This document shows, piece by piece, positions 1 through 9,102 of a DNA stretch of 38,892 nt. The position numbers and the translations under genes are program-made. The stretch is from assembly GCA_026986575.1 (NCBI GenBank), contig JALSOH010000008.1, forward strand, positions 1 to 38,892, read 5' to 3'. Origin of the DNA: Thermoproteota archaeon (lineage in GTDB: Archaea > Korarchaeota > Korarchaeia > Korarchaeales > Korarchaeaceae). The notes under the pieces were generated by a model, which saw nothing but the letters and a program-made list of their open reading frames with translations, made no database searches and was not told where the DNA came from. Every line of letters begins with the position of its first letter. Position 1 is the stretch's first letter.

Positions 1-134
1 TCGCCCACCAAGAAGGGGACGGTGATGGAAGGCTCGATCAGGTCTAGGGAGATCACATCATGACCTCGGAGCAGCAACTCCTCCAATACGGACCTTCCTA
101 TGAACCCCGAGCCTCCAGTCACGAGGACCTTCAT
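1..134 (-). CDS. NAD-dependent epimerase/dehydratase (extended SDR), 5' part only; runs off the window edge
   Basis: Not in the ORF track. Manual minus-strand translation from ATG at 134 gives [32 protein letters not shown]..., the GGxGFIG Rossmann motif of nucleotide-sugar epimerases. Confidence 0.9.
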   Translation of the reverse strand, partial: MKVLVTGGSGFIGRSVLEELLLRGHDVISLDLIEPSITVPFLVG

Positions 135-346
135 TCACATCTGGCTTTCGGACGAGAGTATCTTAAAAGCAAATAGTAGTGACCAATATCTCCTCCCAAT
201 TACGAACGCCAAGAAAGCTCCTCAACACAAAATCCGGTATGTCGTTTATGAGGGGGTTCTCAAGGAATACTGCCCGAGGTCTAACAGCCAAACACGTAGT
301 TTCTACTAGGAATTTTTATATATTAGTAATACTCATTTCTCACTAG

Positions 347-592
347 ATGGGCGAGAGGGAGGTCGTGAAGGTCACTAGGAACTACCAAGTGACTATACCG
401 GCTAGCGTGAGGAAGAAGGCAGGTATTAAAGAGGGAGACCTCGTCGAAGTCTCTTACGATGAGGGGAAGGGGATCATAAAAATTTCCCCTATAAGGCGCA
501 AGCGCCTCACTATTAGGATCGGGAGAAGGGTGAGTGTGGAAGAGATAGAGAGAGCCGTGGAGGAGGCGCTGGATGAAGCCACTTCTCCCTGA
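347..592 (+). CDS. vapB: AbrB/MazE/SpoVT-family antitoxin (VapB-like)
   Basis: VKVTRNYQVTIPASVRKKAGIKEGD is the swapped-hairpin AbrB signature; overlaps the downstream PIN gene. Confidence 0.9.
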   Translation: MGEREVVKVTRNYQVTIPASVRKKAGIKEGDLVEVSYDEGKGIIKISPIRRKRLTIRIGRRVSVEEIERAVEEALDEATSP

Positions 593-977
593 TACCAACG
601 TATTGGTATACGAGACGGTTGAGGACAGCCCCCATCACGAGGAGGCCTCCGAGATAATGGACTCGGCTAGGGCGATCATCATACCTTCGATAGTCCTCCA
701 CGAGTACTTGTGGGTCATGTTGAGACGGTTGAAGGTCCCTTTGGACTTCATGCTGGAGAAGGTCGAAGAATACCTGAGAGATCGCAGAGTCAGATACGTG
801 ATTGAACCTCCTGAGATGGTGCTCGACGCCTTGGAGTGGTTGAAAACGAGCTCAACCCGCAACCTCAATGACTTCCTGATATTATCGACAGCCCTACGCT
901 ATGACGCGGTGCTGGCCACATACGATGAGGATTTGAGGAGGGCAGCTGGACGTTTGGGTGTGGAATTAGCTCCCTGA
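573..977 (+). CDS. vapC: PIN-domain toxin (VapC)
   Basis: PDTNVLV, SIVLHE, NDFLIL and ATYDEDL supply the acidic PIN residues; 134 aa; coupled to the AbrB gene. Confidence 0.92.
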   Translation: MKPLLPDTNVLVYETVEDSPHHEEASEIMDSARAIIIPSIVLHEYLWVMLRRLKVPLDFMLEKVEEYLRDRRVRYVIEPPEMVLDALEWLKTSSTRNLNDFLILSTALRYDAVLATYDEDLRRAAGRLGVELAP

Positions 978-1377
978 GATTGAGAAATTCTCCGGAACGA
1001 TTTCTCTAATATTGAATAGCTACGGCCGGTACGATGGAACCCTATTAGCGAAGGACTCCGCACCCGCGCGTTTGAGAGCGAACTCTGATGTCGTCTCCAA
1101 TACTGGCTAACAGTTTGATTGGATAGGGGCTTGTCGAGTGGAATTATTCAGGATCCGTGACCGAGGGACCCCAAACTGCTTATCGAAGTGGCTGGTGTCT
1201 TCACGCGCACAAACCCGCCTCCAAATTGGGCAGGAGGAGAGAAGCGCGAGATCATGCCCTTTAACCGGTTATCGGTCACTAAAGCAGAAGATGAAAGCGC
1301 CTTTTCGTGCTGTTTATCCTCAAATACTACAGTAATCCAATCAGCTTGAGCATTAATAAGACCCAAATTGCCGAACT

Positions 1378-2616
1378 CTAGATCTCATCGAGCTGAGGTT
1401 CTTTCGCTGATTTCAAGGCAAGTTCGACCAATTCCTCGGGTCTCAAGAGCTGAACTCCCTCCACCCGAGGTCCCTCTCTCGCGACCACTATCTTCCTGCA
1501 CTCGATGGGCACCTTATCCAAGAACCTCCTCACCTCACCGTCCGTTATCTCCCCCATCATCACTTCAACCGCTGCTATCACCTTACCTTTCCTCAGGAGG
1601 AAGCCATCCACCTCGGGATCTAGGCCCCTAGCGACTTGAGCCCTCATGACCTCGGCCAATAGGCTGACGACGAATCGCTCGTAGTGGGTGCCCCTCTTCA
1701 CCTCAGCCAATCTCGCAAGCTCCTCCGGCTGGATGTCCAGCTCGTGGTAACCCGTCTTACTGTCCAAGTAGTAAAATAAGTCCACTAGGGGGGACTCTAT
1801 GGCGTAGATGTACCTCCTCCTCCCCAGAATCGGTGTTCTCGTCACTATGCCCATGAACTGCAGGTTGGACAGGTAGCTCTTCACATCCGGTCCCCTCAGA
1901 TCCCCATCAGTCATTCCCGATATATAGCTGGCCACTTCACCCGGTGTGGAGTTACCGAGACTCAGGGCTCTCAGTATCAGCTCATACCTGTCGGTGAATA
2001 CTCTATCCTCCTCCCGGAAGCTCTCACCGATTAACGCGGGTACGTTGAACCTGATAATGTCGATGAGGGATTCCATCGAGAATTCCGGCCCCAAGAACCT
2101 CAGAATCCAAGGATCCCTCAGGTAGGGAGCCGCCTTCAATAGATCTTCGGGTCTCATGTGAGCTGCGAGGCCCCTCACGACATCAACGGGCCTGATGAGA
2201 CCTATCCTTACTGGCCTGACCAGACCGAGCAACGGGCTCCTCTTCGACAGGACTCTCCTAGCCACCGAGAGGCTTGAACCTACAAGAATCAGCTTTGTCC
2301 TGGATTCGGGGCTGAGGAAGTGAAGGTGGTCCAAGAACTCCGTGGGCAGCCTCTGGAACTCGTCGATAACAACAGTTACAGGTTCCCTCAATAGCCCAGT
2401 CAATCTCTCCCTGAAGACTGGATAAGCTAGGAGCTCGCTTTCATGAGCGACGACGCCTCCCTTCATGACGAAGAAGTAATGGTCGTAGTCGAGCATCCTC
2501 CTTATCATGAAGGTCTTTCCTGTCTTCCTCCTCCCGAATACCAGGAACCACCCGTCCCCCCTGAGGAGGGCGGCCTCACTTCTAGGAATCGTGATTCCCA
2601 TAACCATGGTTCCCAT
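1378..2616 (-). CDS. Archaeal ATPase (AAA+/STAND-like) with wHTH and C-terminal restriction-endonuclease-like domain
   Basis: Walker A GRRKTGKT, Walker B VVIDEFQRL, LVGSS and SPLLG motifs, wHTH-like middle region, C-terminal EVD...AVEV motif. Start may be one of the downstream ATGs (2607 or 2601). Confidence 0.85.
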   Translation of the reverse strand: MGTMVMGITIPRSEAALLRGDGWFLVFGRRKTGKTFMIRRMLDYDHYFFVMKGGVVAHESELLAYPVFRERLTGLLREPVTVVIDEFQRLPTEFLDHLHFLSPESRTKLILVGSSLSVARRVLSKRSPLLGLVRPVRIGLIRPVDVVRGLAAHMRPEDLLKAAPYLRDPWILRFLGPEFSMESLIDIIRFNVPALIGESFREEDRVFTDRYELILRALSLGNSTPGEVASYISGMTDGDLRGPDVKSYLSNLQFMGIVTRTPILGRRRYIYAIESPLVDLFYYLDSKTGYHELDIQPEELARLAEVKRGTHYERFVVSLLAEVMRAQVARGLDPEVDGFLLRKGKVIAAVEVMMGEITDGEVRRFLDKVPIECRKIVVAREGPRVEGVQLLRPEELVELALKSAKEPQLDEI

Positions 2617-2632
2617 AATCGTGGTTCCTTAA
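2587..2632. repeat. Three palindromic 10-bp boxes (AAYCRTGRTT) at 15-bp spacing over the ATPase start and promoter
   Basis: aatcgtgatt (2587-2596), aaccatggtt (2602-2611), aatcgtggtt (2617-2626), separated by CCCAT spacers; adjacent to a minus-strand TATA-like aaatatttaa. Confidence 0.75.
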
Positions 2633-2689
2633 ATATTTTCGGATCCGCGCAGGTTGAGAGGAAGTCACCGCAAAATCCCCATTTTCACA

Positions 2690-3778
2690 CTAATGATCGA
2701 TGCCCGTTATCTGAGAGTAGAGCCTCAATATCCTCTCGCCTACCACCCTCACATCGTACCTGCTCCTGACCTCCCTTCTGGCACGCTCGACGAGGTCCTC
2801 CGCTCCCGCCACAAGTCTATCTATAGCCCTCCTCAGGGTTCTGGGATCCCCTGGGGTGTAGAAGAGGGCCATATCGCTGAAGAGGAGCCTGTGAACAGGG
2901 ATATCGGACAGGATCACCGGAGTTCCTAGGGCGGCGGCCTCCAGCACAACGGTCGGGAACCCCTCACTCCTCGAAGGGAGGATCAGGGCATCAGCTCCCT
3001 TGAAGTAGGGGACCAGGCTCCTTCTCGGCCTCCTACCGAGGAATTTCACCGAATCGCTGGCCAGCCCCCTGAGCTTTCCCTCCAGTGGACCGCTCCCGAT
3101 CATCCAGAGGCCGATGTCCAGCTCAGATATCTCTTTCAGGTCTAGGAGGAGCTGATCCAACCCCTTGGCCTCCACTAAACCGCCAACGTAAAGCAGCTGT
3201 ATTTCGTGCTCCTTCTTAACGGGGTCGACCTCCTCACTCCAACCCTCCAGCTCACTCACATCCACGAAGTTCGGAATGATCTCGATCCTGCTAGAGGGAA
3301 CGCCCATTGACTCCATGTAACTGGCATCAAGTTCGGTGAGGGCTATGAATCTGCTGGCTCCTCTCAACAGGAGAAAAGAGAGTCTCTCGTGTATCTTGGC
3401 CAGGAGCTTTGCTAGGCCGGTGTAGTAGGCTCTGCCATGGAGGGTGATGACCGTCCTGTCCTTGGGCGAGAACGGGTACGAGAGTAGAGTGGTGAAGGTA
3501 TATGGGGAGTGGAGGTGGACCACATCCACATCCCTAACCAGCTTCCTGAATACCAAGGGGAGTTTAGGGGAGAGGGGGTTCCTCAATGGCTCCGCCAGTA
3601 CCCTGAACCTGATTACTGTGATACCGTCGGTGCTTACCTCCTCGTTAGGGCTGGGTGATGTGGTGAGTACGGTGACGTGATGGCCCCTGCCAGCTAGGTA
3701 TTGGGCCAACTTCTGTACGTGATACTCTATGCCCCCCGGATGCGGAGGGAAGCGATGCGACACGTGTATTATCCTCAG
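2690..3778 (-). CDS. Glycosyltransferase family 4 (GT-B)
   Basis: FPPHPGGIE, VHLHSPY, IIPNFVD, YVGGLVEAKG and LPSRSEGFPTVVLEAAALGTPVI motifs. The frame extends above the track's GTG (3763) to a CTG at 3778, giving (M)RIIHVSHRFPP. Confidence 0.93.
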   Translation of the reverse strand: MRIIHVSHRFPPHPGGIEYHVQKLAQYLAGRGHHVTVLTTSPSPNEEVSTDGITVIRFRVLAEPLRNPLSPKLPLVFRKLVRDVDVVHLHSPYTFTTLLSYPFSPKDRTVITLHGRAYYTGLAKLLAKIHERLSFLLLRGASRFIALTELDASYMESMGVPSSRIEIIPNFVDVSELEGWSEEVDPVKKEHEIQLLYVGGLVEAKGLDQLLLDLKEISELDIGLWMIGSGPLEGKLRGLASDSVKFLGRRPRRSLVPYFKGADALILPSRSEGFPTVVLEAAALGTPVILSDIPVHRLLFSDMALFYTPGDPRTLRRAIDRLVAGAEDLVERARREVRSRYDVRVVGERILRLYSQITGIDH

Positions 3779-3897
3779 TGGGATCCCCGGGCCTCGCCAC
3801 CCAGCGAGCTAAAAAGGAGTATGCACTCTAGGTCGATAGTCCCAGCGCCATCAATGCAGCCTTATAAATTTGTTTAGAAGATTTACAGGCGATAAGC

Positions 3898-5046
3898 ATG
3901 CCTTCCAAGCCGCACGGGGGTAGGTTGATAAATAGGGTGGCCAGCCGATCAAGGGCCGAGAGACTATTAGATGAAGCTAAGGAAATGAGGACGTTCCCCA
4001 TGAATACGGCTGTAGCGGTCGACATGGAGAACATCGCCAGAGGAATATACAGCCCCTTACAGGGGTTCATGGTTCAAGAGGACTTCGAATCCGTCCTTGA
4101 CGGCATGAGGCTCGCTAACGACGTTCCTTGGACCATCCCCATAGTCTTGGATGTTAGTGATAAGGATCTACGGGAGGTATTAGAGGGAGATGAGGTGGCC
4201 CTCACCTACGATGGCGAGCCGGTGGCAATCATGGAAGTGGAGGAAATATACGCGTACGACAAGAGGGAACTCGCGGAGAAGGTCTACGGCACGCTCAGCG
4301 AGGAGCATCCCGGAGTCGTCAAGACCATGAACATGGAGGACAGGCTGGTCGGGGGTAGGATAACCCTCATCGAGCCTTTACCGAACCCCTACGAGAGGTA
4401 CACCCTCTGGCCCCACGAAACTAGGATACTCTTCAGGGAGAGGGGGTGGAGATATGTGGTGGGCTTTCAGACCAGAAACGCACCTCACATGGGACATGAG
4501 GCCATACAGAAGACCGCTCTAGCCATCGCTGACGGCCTCTTCGTCAATCCAGTGATAGGGAGGAAGAAGGTAGGGGATTTCAGGGACGAAGTCATCTTAG
4601 AGGCTTACAGGTCCCTGATAGAGAACTACTTCCCCAAGGACACTGTAGCTTTAGTCATCCTCCGCTACGAGATGAGGTACGCTGGCCCTAGGGAAGCGAT
4701 ACACCACGCGATCATGAGGAAGAATTATGGGTGCACCCACTTCATCGTGGGGAGGGATCACGCGGGCGTGGGCAACTTCTATCCCCCGTATGCCGCTCAG
4801 GAAATCTTCAAGAAGTTCCCAGACTTGGGAATACAGCCCCTCTTCTTCAGAGAGTTCTTCTACTGCAGGAGGTGCGGGGGGATGGTCAACGAGAAGACGT
4901 GCCCCCATCCCGAGGAGGACAGGGTCAGGATAAGCGGAACGACTATCAGGAAGATGTTGAGTGAAGGTAAGATGCCGCCCAAGGAGATGATGAGGCCCGA
5001 AGTCGCAAAGGCAATACTGAGGTTCGAGAACCCCTTCGTCTCGTGA
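3898..5046 (+). CDS. sat: Sulfate adenylyltransferase (ATP sulfurylase, Sat type)
   Basis: PHGGRL N-terminus, YSPLQGFM, FQTRNAPHMGHE (QxRN and HxxH), MRYAGPREA, HFIVGRDHAG, and the Zn site CRRC...CPH. Confidence 0.98.
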   Translation: MPSKPHGGRLINRVASRSRAERLLDEAKEMRTFPMNTAVAVDMENIARGIYSPLQGFMVQEDFESVLDGMRLANDVPWTIPIVLDVSDKDLREVLEGDEVALTYDGEPVAIMEVEEIYAYDKRELAEKVYGTLSEEHPGVVKTMNMEDRLVGGRITLIEPLPNPYERYTLWPHETRILFRERGWRYVVGFQTRNAPHMGHEAIQKTALAIADGLFVNPVIGRKKVGDFRDEVILEAYRSLIENYFPKDTVALVILRYEMRYAGPREAIHHAIMRKNYGCTHFIVGRDHAGVGNFYPPYAAQEIFKKFPDLGIQPLFFREFFYCRRCGGMVNEKTCPHPEEDRVRISGTTIRKMLSEGKMPPKEMMRPEVAKAILRFENPFVS

Positions 5047-5067
5047 GTTAAGGTGAGGGTGATATAG

Positions 5068-6453
5068 ATGGACGCGAAGGAGAGGATGATGGTCATAGGA
5101 CTGGATTCAGCACCTCCTTCTACCACGTTCGAGCGTTTCCTAGATGTGATGCCAAACCTAACGGAGATACTTGACTCATCCATGTACGGGCCCCTCAGAA
5201 GCACCCACCCACCAATAACGGTGCCCGCATGGGCTGTGATGGCTACTGGGCTGACCCCTGGCGAGCTGGGGATGTACGGCTTCAGGCACCGCAAGCCCGG
5301 GGACTATACTGACTACTACCTGATAACGTCCAAAAATCTGGATAGGCCGGCTGTGTGGGATTTCCTAGCCGAGAAAGGGCTAAAGTCCCTCCTCGTCGGG
5401 TTCCCACCGTCTTACCCACCCATGAAGGTCAGGGGGTGGCTGATAAGCGACTTCCACACCCCCTCCGATGCGAAGAACTACACCTACCCACCGTGGTTCC
5501 GGATGGAAGTGGAGAGGATAGCCGGAGGGAGATTCATCCACGACGTGGAGTTCAGAGTCGAAAACAGACGCCCTCTTATGAGGGAGCTCCGGAGGATGAC
5601 CGAGCAGCACCTCAGGGTGGTGGAGAAGCTGGCTAAAGGTAAGGAATGGTCCCTCCTCTGGTACGTTGAGATAGGCGTGGACAGGCTCCACCACGCCTTC
5701 TGGAAGTTCTTCGATGAGAATCACCCGAGGCATGTGAATGATGAGGAGCTGGCTGAGTTCGTTGAGCAGTACTACAGACTGATCGACGATGGAATAGGAA
5801 AGCTTAAGAAGGCTGCGCCTGACGCCCATCTGCTCATAGTCTCGGATCACGGGGCCAAGGCCATGGAGGGAGCATTCGTGATAAACGAGTGGCTCGCTGA
5901 CAACGGCTACCTTGAATTCGAGGAGAGGCCTGAGGAGCAGACCCCCCTCGGCAAGGCTAAAATCAGGTGGGAGAGGACTAAAGCTTGGGGGTGGGGTGGC
6001 TACTACGCGAGGATCTTCGTGAACGTGAAGGGGAGGGAGCCCCAAGGGGTGGTGGATCCTGATGACGCCGAATCCTTGATAAGGCAGATAGCTGACGATC
6101 TGAATGAGGTGACACTTCCTAGCGGGAGGAAGATGGGTGCACAGGTCTACCTGCCTGAAGAGCTCTACCCGGAGGTGAGGGGGGATTCGCCGGATGCGAT
6201 AGCCTACTTCGGCGACCTAGCTTGGAGATCAGCTGGGACGGTGGGGCACGGGAGGTGGTTCTTGGAGGAGAATGATACCGGACCAGATGATGCGGTCCAC
6301 GACTGGGATGGAATTTACGTGCTTTACGATCCCGAGGGGAGGGTGCCTGCGGGACAGGATGGTAGGGAAATATATGATGTAGCTCCAACGATCTTGGAGA
6401 TCTTCAATTTCGACATTCCTAACAGGCTGAAGAGCGGGAGTATTCTGAGGTGA
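5068..6453 (+). CDS. AlkP-superfamily protein (nucleotide pyrophosphatase/phosphodiesterase-like)
   Basis: GLDSA, PPITVPAW (Thr nucleophile position), DRLHH, VSDHG, HDWDG and DVAPTIL motifs; no signal peptide; lies between sat and cysC. Confidence 0.93.
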   Translation: MDAKERMMVIGLDSAPPSTTFERFLDVMPNLTEILDSSMYGPLRSTHPPITVPAWAVMATGLTPGELGMYGFRHRKPGDYTDYYLITSKNLDRPAVWDFLAEKGLKSLLVGFPPSYPPMKVRGWLISDFHTPSDAKNYTYPPWFRMEVERIAGGRFIHDVEFRVENRRPLMRELRRMTEQHLRVVEKLAKGKEWSLLWYVEIGVDRLHHAFWKFFDENHPRHVNDEELAEFVEQYYRLIDDGIGKLKKAAPDAHLLIVSDHGAKAMEGAFVINEWLADNGYLEFEERPEEQTPLGKAKIRWERTKAWGWGGYYARIFVNVKGREPQGVVDPDDAESLIRQIADDLNEVTLPSGRKMGAQVYLPEELYPEVRGDSPDAIAYFGDLAWRSAGTVGHGRWFLEENDTGPDDAVHDWDGIYVLYDPEGRVPAGQDGREIYDVAPTILEIFNFDIPNRLKSGSILR

Positions 6454-6457
6454 TCCC

Positions 6458-6997
6458 ATGAACTGTGATAAGGGTTTCGTTATCTGGCTCACGGGACTGC
6501 CGGCTGCTGGCAAAACTACCCTAGCGAGAGCCTTGAAGGAGGAGCTTCAGAAGGCTGGAAAGAGAGTAGAACTCCTTGATGGGGATGAGGTAAGGAGATG
6601 GCTCAGCCCTGAAGCAGGATTCACCAAGGAGGACAGGGAGAGGCACCTGATGAGGGTTGCCTATGTCTCTAGGCTACTGGCTAGGAATGGTGTGGCTGTG
6701 ATAGCGTCTTTCGTCTCACCCTACAGGGAAGTGAGGAGTAAAGTAAGGAAGATCGTGGAGGAGGACGCGAAGTTCATTGAGGTTTATGTAAGATGCCCCT
6801 TGGAGGTAGTTATAGAGAGGGATCCGAAAGGGTTGTATAAGAAGGCTCTAGCTGGCGAAATAAGGAACTTCACGGGGGTAGATGACCCGTATGAGGAACC
6901 ATTAAATCCGGAAATTGTTGTGGATAGCAGTGAGATGGATATAAGAGACGAAGTCTTTGAGGTAATGAGGTATTTACGAGAGGGTCATCTCATATGA
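6458..6997 (+). CDS. cysC: Adenylyl-sulfate (APS) kinase
   Basis: WLTGLPAAGKTT P-loop, LDGDEVR, GFTKEDR, RDPKGLY and FTGVDDPYEEP motifs. Confidence 0.98.
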   Translation: MNCDKGFVIWLTGLPAAGKTTLARALKEELQKAGKRVELLDGDEVRRWLSPEAGFTKEDRERHLMRVAYVSRLLARNGVAVIASFVSPYREVRSKVRKIVEEDAKFIEVYVRCPLEVVIERDPKGLYKKALAGEIRNFTGVDDPYEEPLNPEIVVDSSEMDIRDEVFEVMRYLREGHLI

Positions 6998-7057
6998 CTC
7001 ACTAACTTTGTCTAAACCTTCGCGCGCATACCACTGGTCCAAGTTTTCCAAAGATTA

Positions 7058-8548
7058 TCAATCGCGAATTGGAGAATATCTTCTCTTTAATTCCTTCACC
7101 TTACGTCTCACCTTAAATTTCCAGAGATTAATTTTCTGAATATTCTGCCGTATCTGCGTTTCGAAATCAAAGCACTCAAAGCGTATTCTACCTTCAGCTG
7201 TGTTCATGACAGGCAGACCTAGGGCAGCTAGGGCAGTTGGAAGGATATCTTCTATTCCTACCTTGAAATCTGGGCATGACACAACTCCCTTCCCCCACAA
7301 GCCAAACACACCTTTGATGTGGTGTATGCCTTTCAGCGCCTTCAAAGCAGGCCTAAGGTGATCAGGGCTCCATGGCATGAAGTGATCGCACGCAAGTCCG
7401 TCCTCTAAATGTACTATTAAGTCCGGTCCATCCTTTCCAGGATCCACCAAAACCTCCTTAACGTAGGATTCGGATTTCAGAGCATCTACCACCTCTACGA
7501 GATCGCTATCAGAGTATTTCAGGAGATATATTAGGCAGTACCCCGTCAACGGTCCAATTCCGATAGCGATGCTCTCATCCAAATTCACATCATCCCTTGA
7601 GAGCAGGAACTTCTTAACGAGCCTAGTTACTGTGCTCTCCCTCCAAGTCATCCCCCCAACAGACTTCGATCCCTCCCTGAGCCCTAGGAGTAACTTTGTG
7701 AACATCCGCTTAAATCGGGTTTTTAGAGACCGTTTTAATGATAGGAGCCCCCTCTTCTCTAGGAAGGAGTTTATTAGAAAACTCCCATCGAAGTTCATGA
7801 AGCCGTGATCGCTAGCCACCAGTAGCAGGGACTTCCTATCCTTCTTCAGGAGATCCATGGCTTCTCCAAGAATATTATCCGCCTTTTGGTAAGCTATCGT
7901 CATAAGATCCTCGTTATCCCACGCGAAATGAGAAATATGATCAATTTCAGAGAGCCACACGATGGACAGCTTGGGTCTATAGGTCTCTCTCAGCCTGAGG
8001 AAAAGTTTCCAGCGTTGATACATATCTTCCAACGGTTTCCTCAGGGACTCCTCGGATAACTCGTGGGGAACATTAACTTCGGGGCCCAACTCATATTTCC
8101 TCAACTCCTCTAACAGGGAATCAGGATATGCGAATCTACTAGCCTTGGAGAGAGGAAATCCAGCCACTATGAATCCCTTTCTCACCCTGAAGGGCGGGGA
8201 TATGAAGGGAACATTGAATACACCAATAGAAAACCCCAATTCGTTGGCAAGATCTATAACTGTAGGGATCCCTACTTTATTAGCGAATACAAGCTCTCCT
8301 TCCTTAAGCCCGAGCCTATCAAACCTTCTAAAATCGAAAATACCCGTCATCTCTGAGCTGGCTCCTGTGAGAAATGATGCGGCGCATGATACTGTTATAG
8401 GTGGAATATTCGATATGAGCTCTCCGAAGAAACCTCTCTCTGCAAGCTTCGAGAAGTTCTCAAGCCTCTCCATATGGTTTCGAATGAAGTAAGGGGACAA
8501 ACCGTCGAACACAAGAATAATGGCTTCCTCGTAAGGAATCTCTGACAT
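7058..8548 (-). CDS. Second AlkP-superfamily (NPP-like) protein
   Basis: VFDGL, PPITVSCAASFLTG, DHISH, ASDHGF, GIHHIKG and EDILPT motifs. Likely start MSEIPY at 8548 (track ORF begins at 8596). Confidence 0.9.
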   Translation of the reverse strand: MSEIPYEEAIILVFDGLSPYFIRNHMERLENFSKLAERGFFGELISNIPPITVSCAASFLTGASSEMTGIFDFRRFDRLGLKEGELVFANKVGIPTVIDLANELGFSIGVFNVPFISPPFRVRKGFIVAGFPLSKASRFAYPDSLLEELRKYELGPEVNVPHELSEESLRKPLEDMYQRWKLFLRLRETYRPKLSIVWLSEIDHISHFAWDNEDLMTIAYQKADNILGEAMDLLKKDRKSLLLVASDHGFMNFDGSFLINSFLEKRGLLSLKRSLKTRFKRMFTKLLLGLREGSKSVGGMTWRESTVTRLVKKFLLSRDDVNLDESIAIGIGPLTGYCLIYLLKYSDSDLVEVVDALKSESYVKEVLVDPGKDGPDLIVHLEDGLACDHFMPWSPDHLRPALKALKGIHHIKGVFGLWGKGVVSCPDFKVGIEDILPTALAALGLPVMNTAEGRIRFECFDFETQIRQNIQKINLWKFKVRRKVKELKRRYSPIRD

Positions 8549-8765
8549 CTTGGTGAAGGTTGGCGCAGCCCTAAAAAAGATTAGCTGTTTTATCATCTCA
8601 TAGGAAACGCGTTATCGGGAAGTAACCTTTTACAGTGGACCGGAGTCGAAGGGTCTAGTAATAGATTGCGTGACCGCACTCTTCTCAACAATAACTATCT
8701 TGGAGGTCTTAGTAGATAAGGTGGAATAGAGCTAGGAATTAGTTAAGTAGGATAGAATCAGCTCA

Positions 8766-8972
8766 TTAAATGTAGCCGAGTCTCCTCAACCTCTCTTTGA
8801 TCTCCTCTTCCTCCTCGGGAGAGTATACCTCCCCGCTCTCTTCCGAGACGAATTCTCTCAGCAGGAAGGTAACTAGTTCTTCAACTGAGGAGAAGTCCTC
8901 ATTCTCATTTACCCACTTCTCAGCTCTCTCGTATAGAGCTCTGGGGATGCTAATCGTCACTCTATCCTCCAT
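8766..8972 (-). CDS. Small ribbon-helix-helix (CopG-like) protein with C-terminal EEEEEIKERLRRLGYI tail
   Basis: RVTISIPRALYERAEKWV...FSSVEELVTFLLRE fits an RHH fold; upstream GGTGAGG ribosome-binding site. Confidence 0.88.
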   Translation of the reverse strand: MEDRVTISIPRALYERAEKWVNENEDFSSVEELVTFLLREFVSEESGEVYSPEEEEEIKERLRRLGYI

Positions 8973-9102
8973 TTGTCCTCACCTAGCAGCGTCCCTGACC
9001 CCCCATCACGAGAATACTTAAAAAGCCTGTGCTGTATCTGGGTCATGTATAATCTCACTCGCAGCGAGGGAGGTCGCCGCTTCATTGAATTCAGGTGATG
9101 GT

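Noticed and set aside
980-1377. Short ORFs 1138-1335 (+) and 1148-1366 (-)
   Set aside because: No recognisable motif and atypical codon usage; may be degraded sequence but cannot be supported.
3898-6997. Dissimilatory sulfate reduction
   Set aside because: No aprAB, qmo or dsr genes in the window; co-operonic cysC points to PAPS formation.
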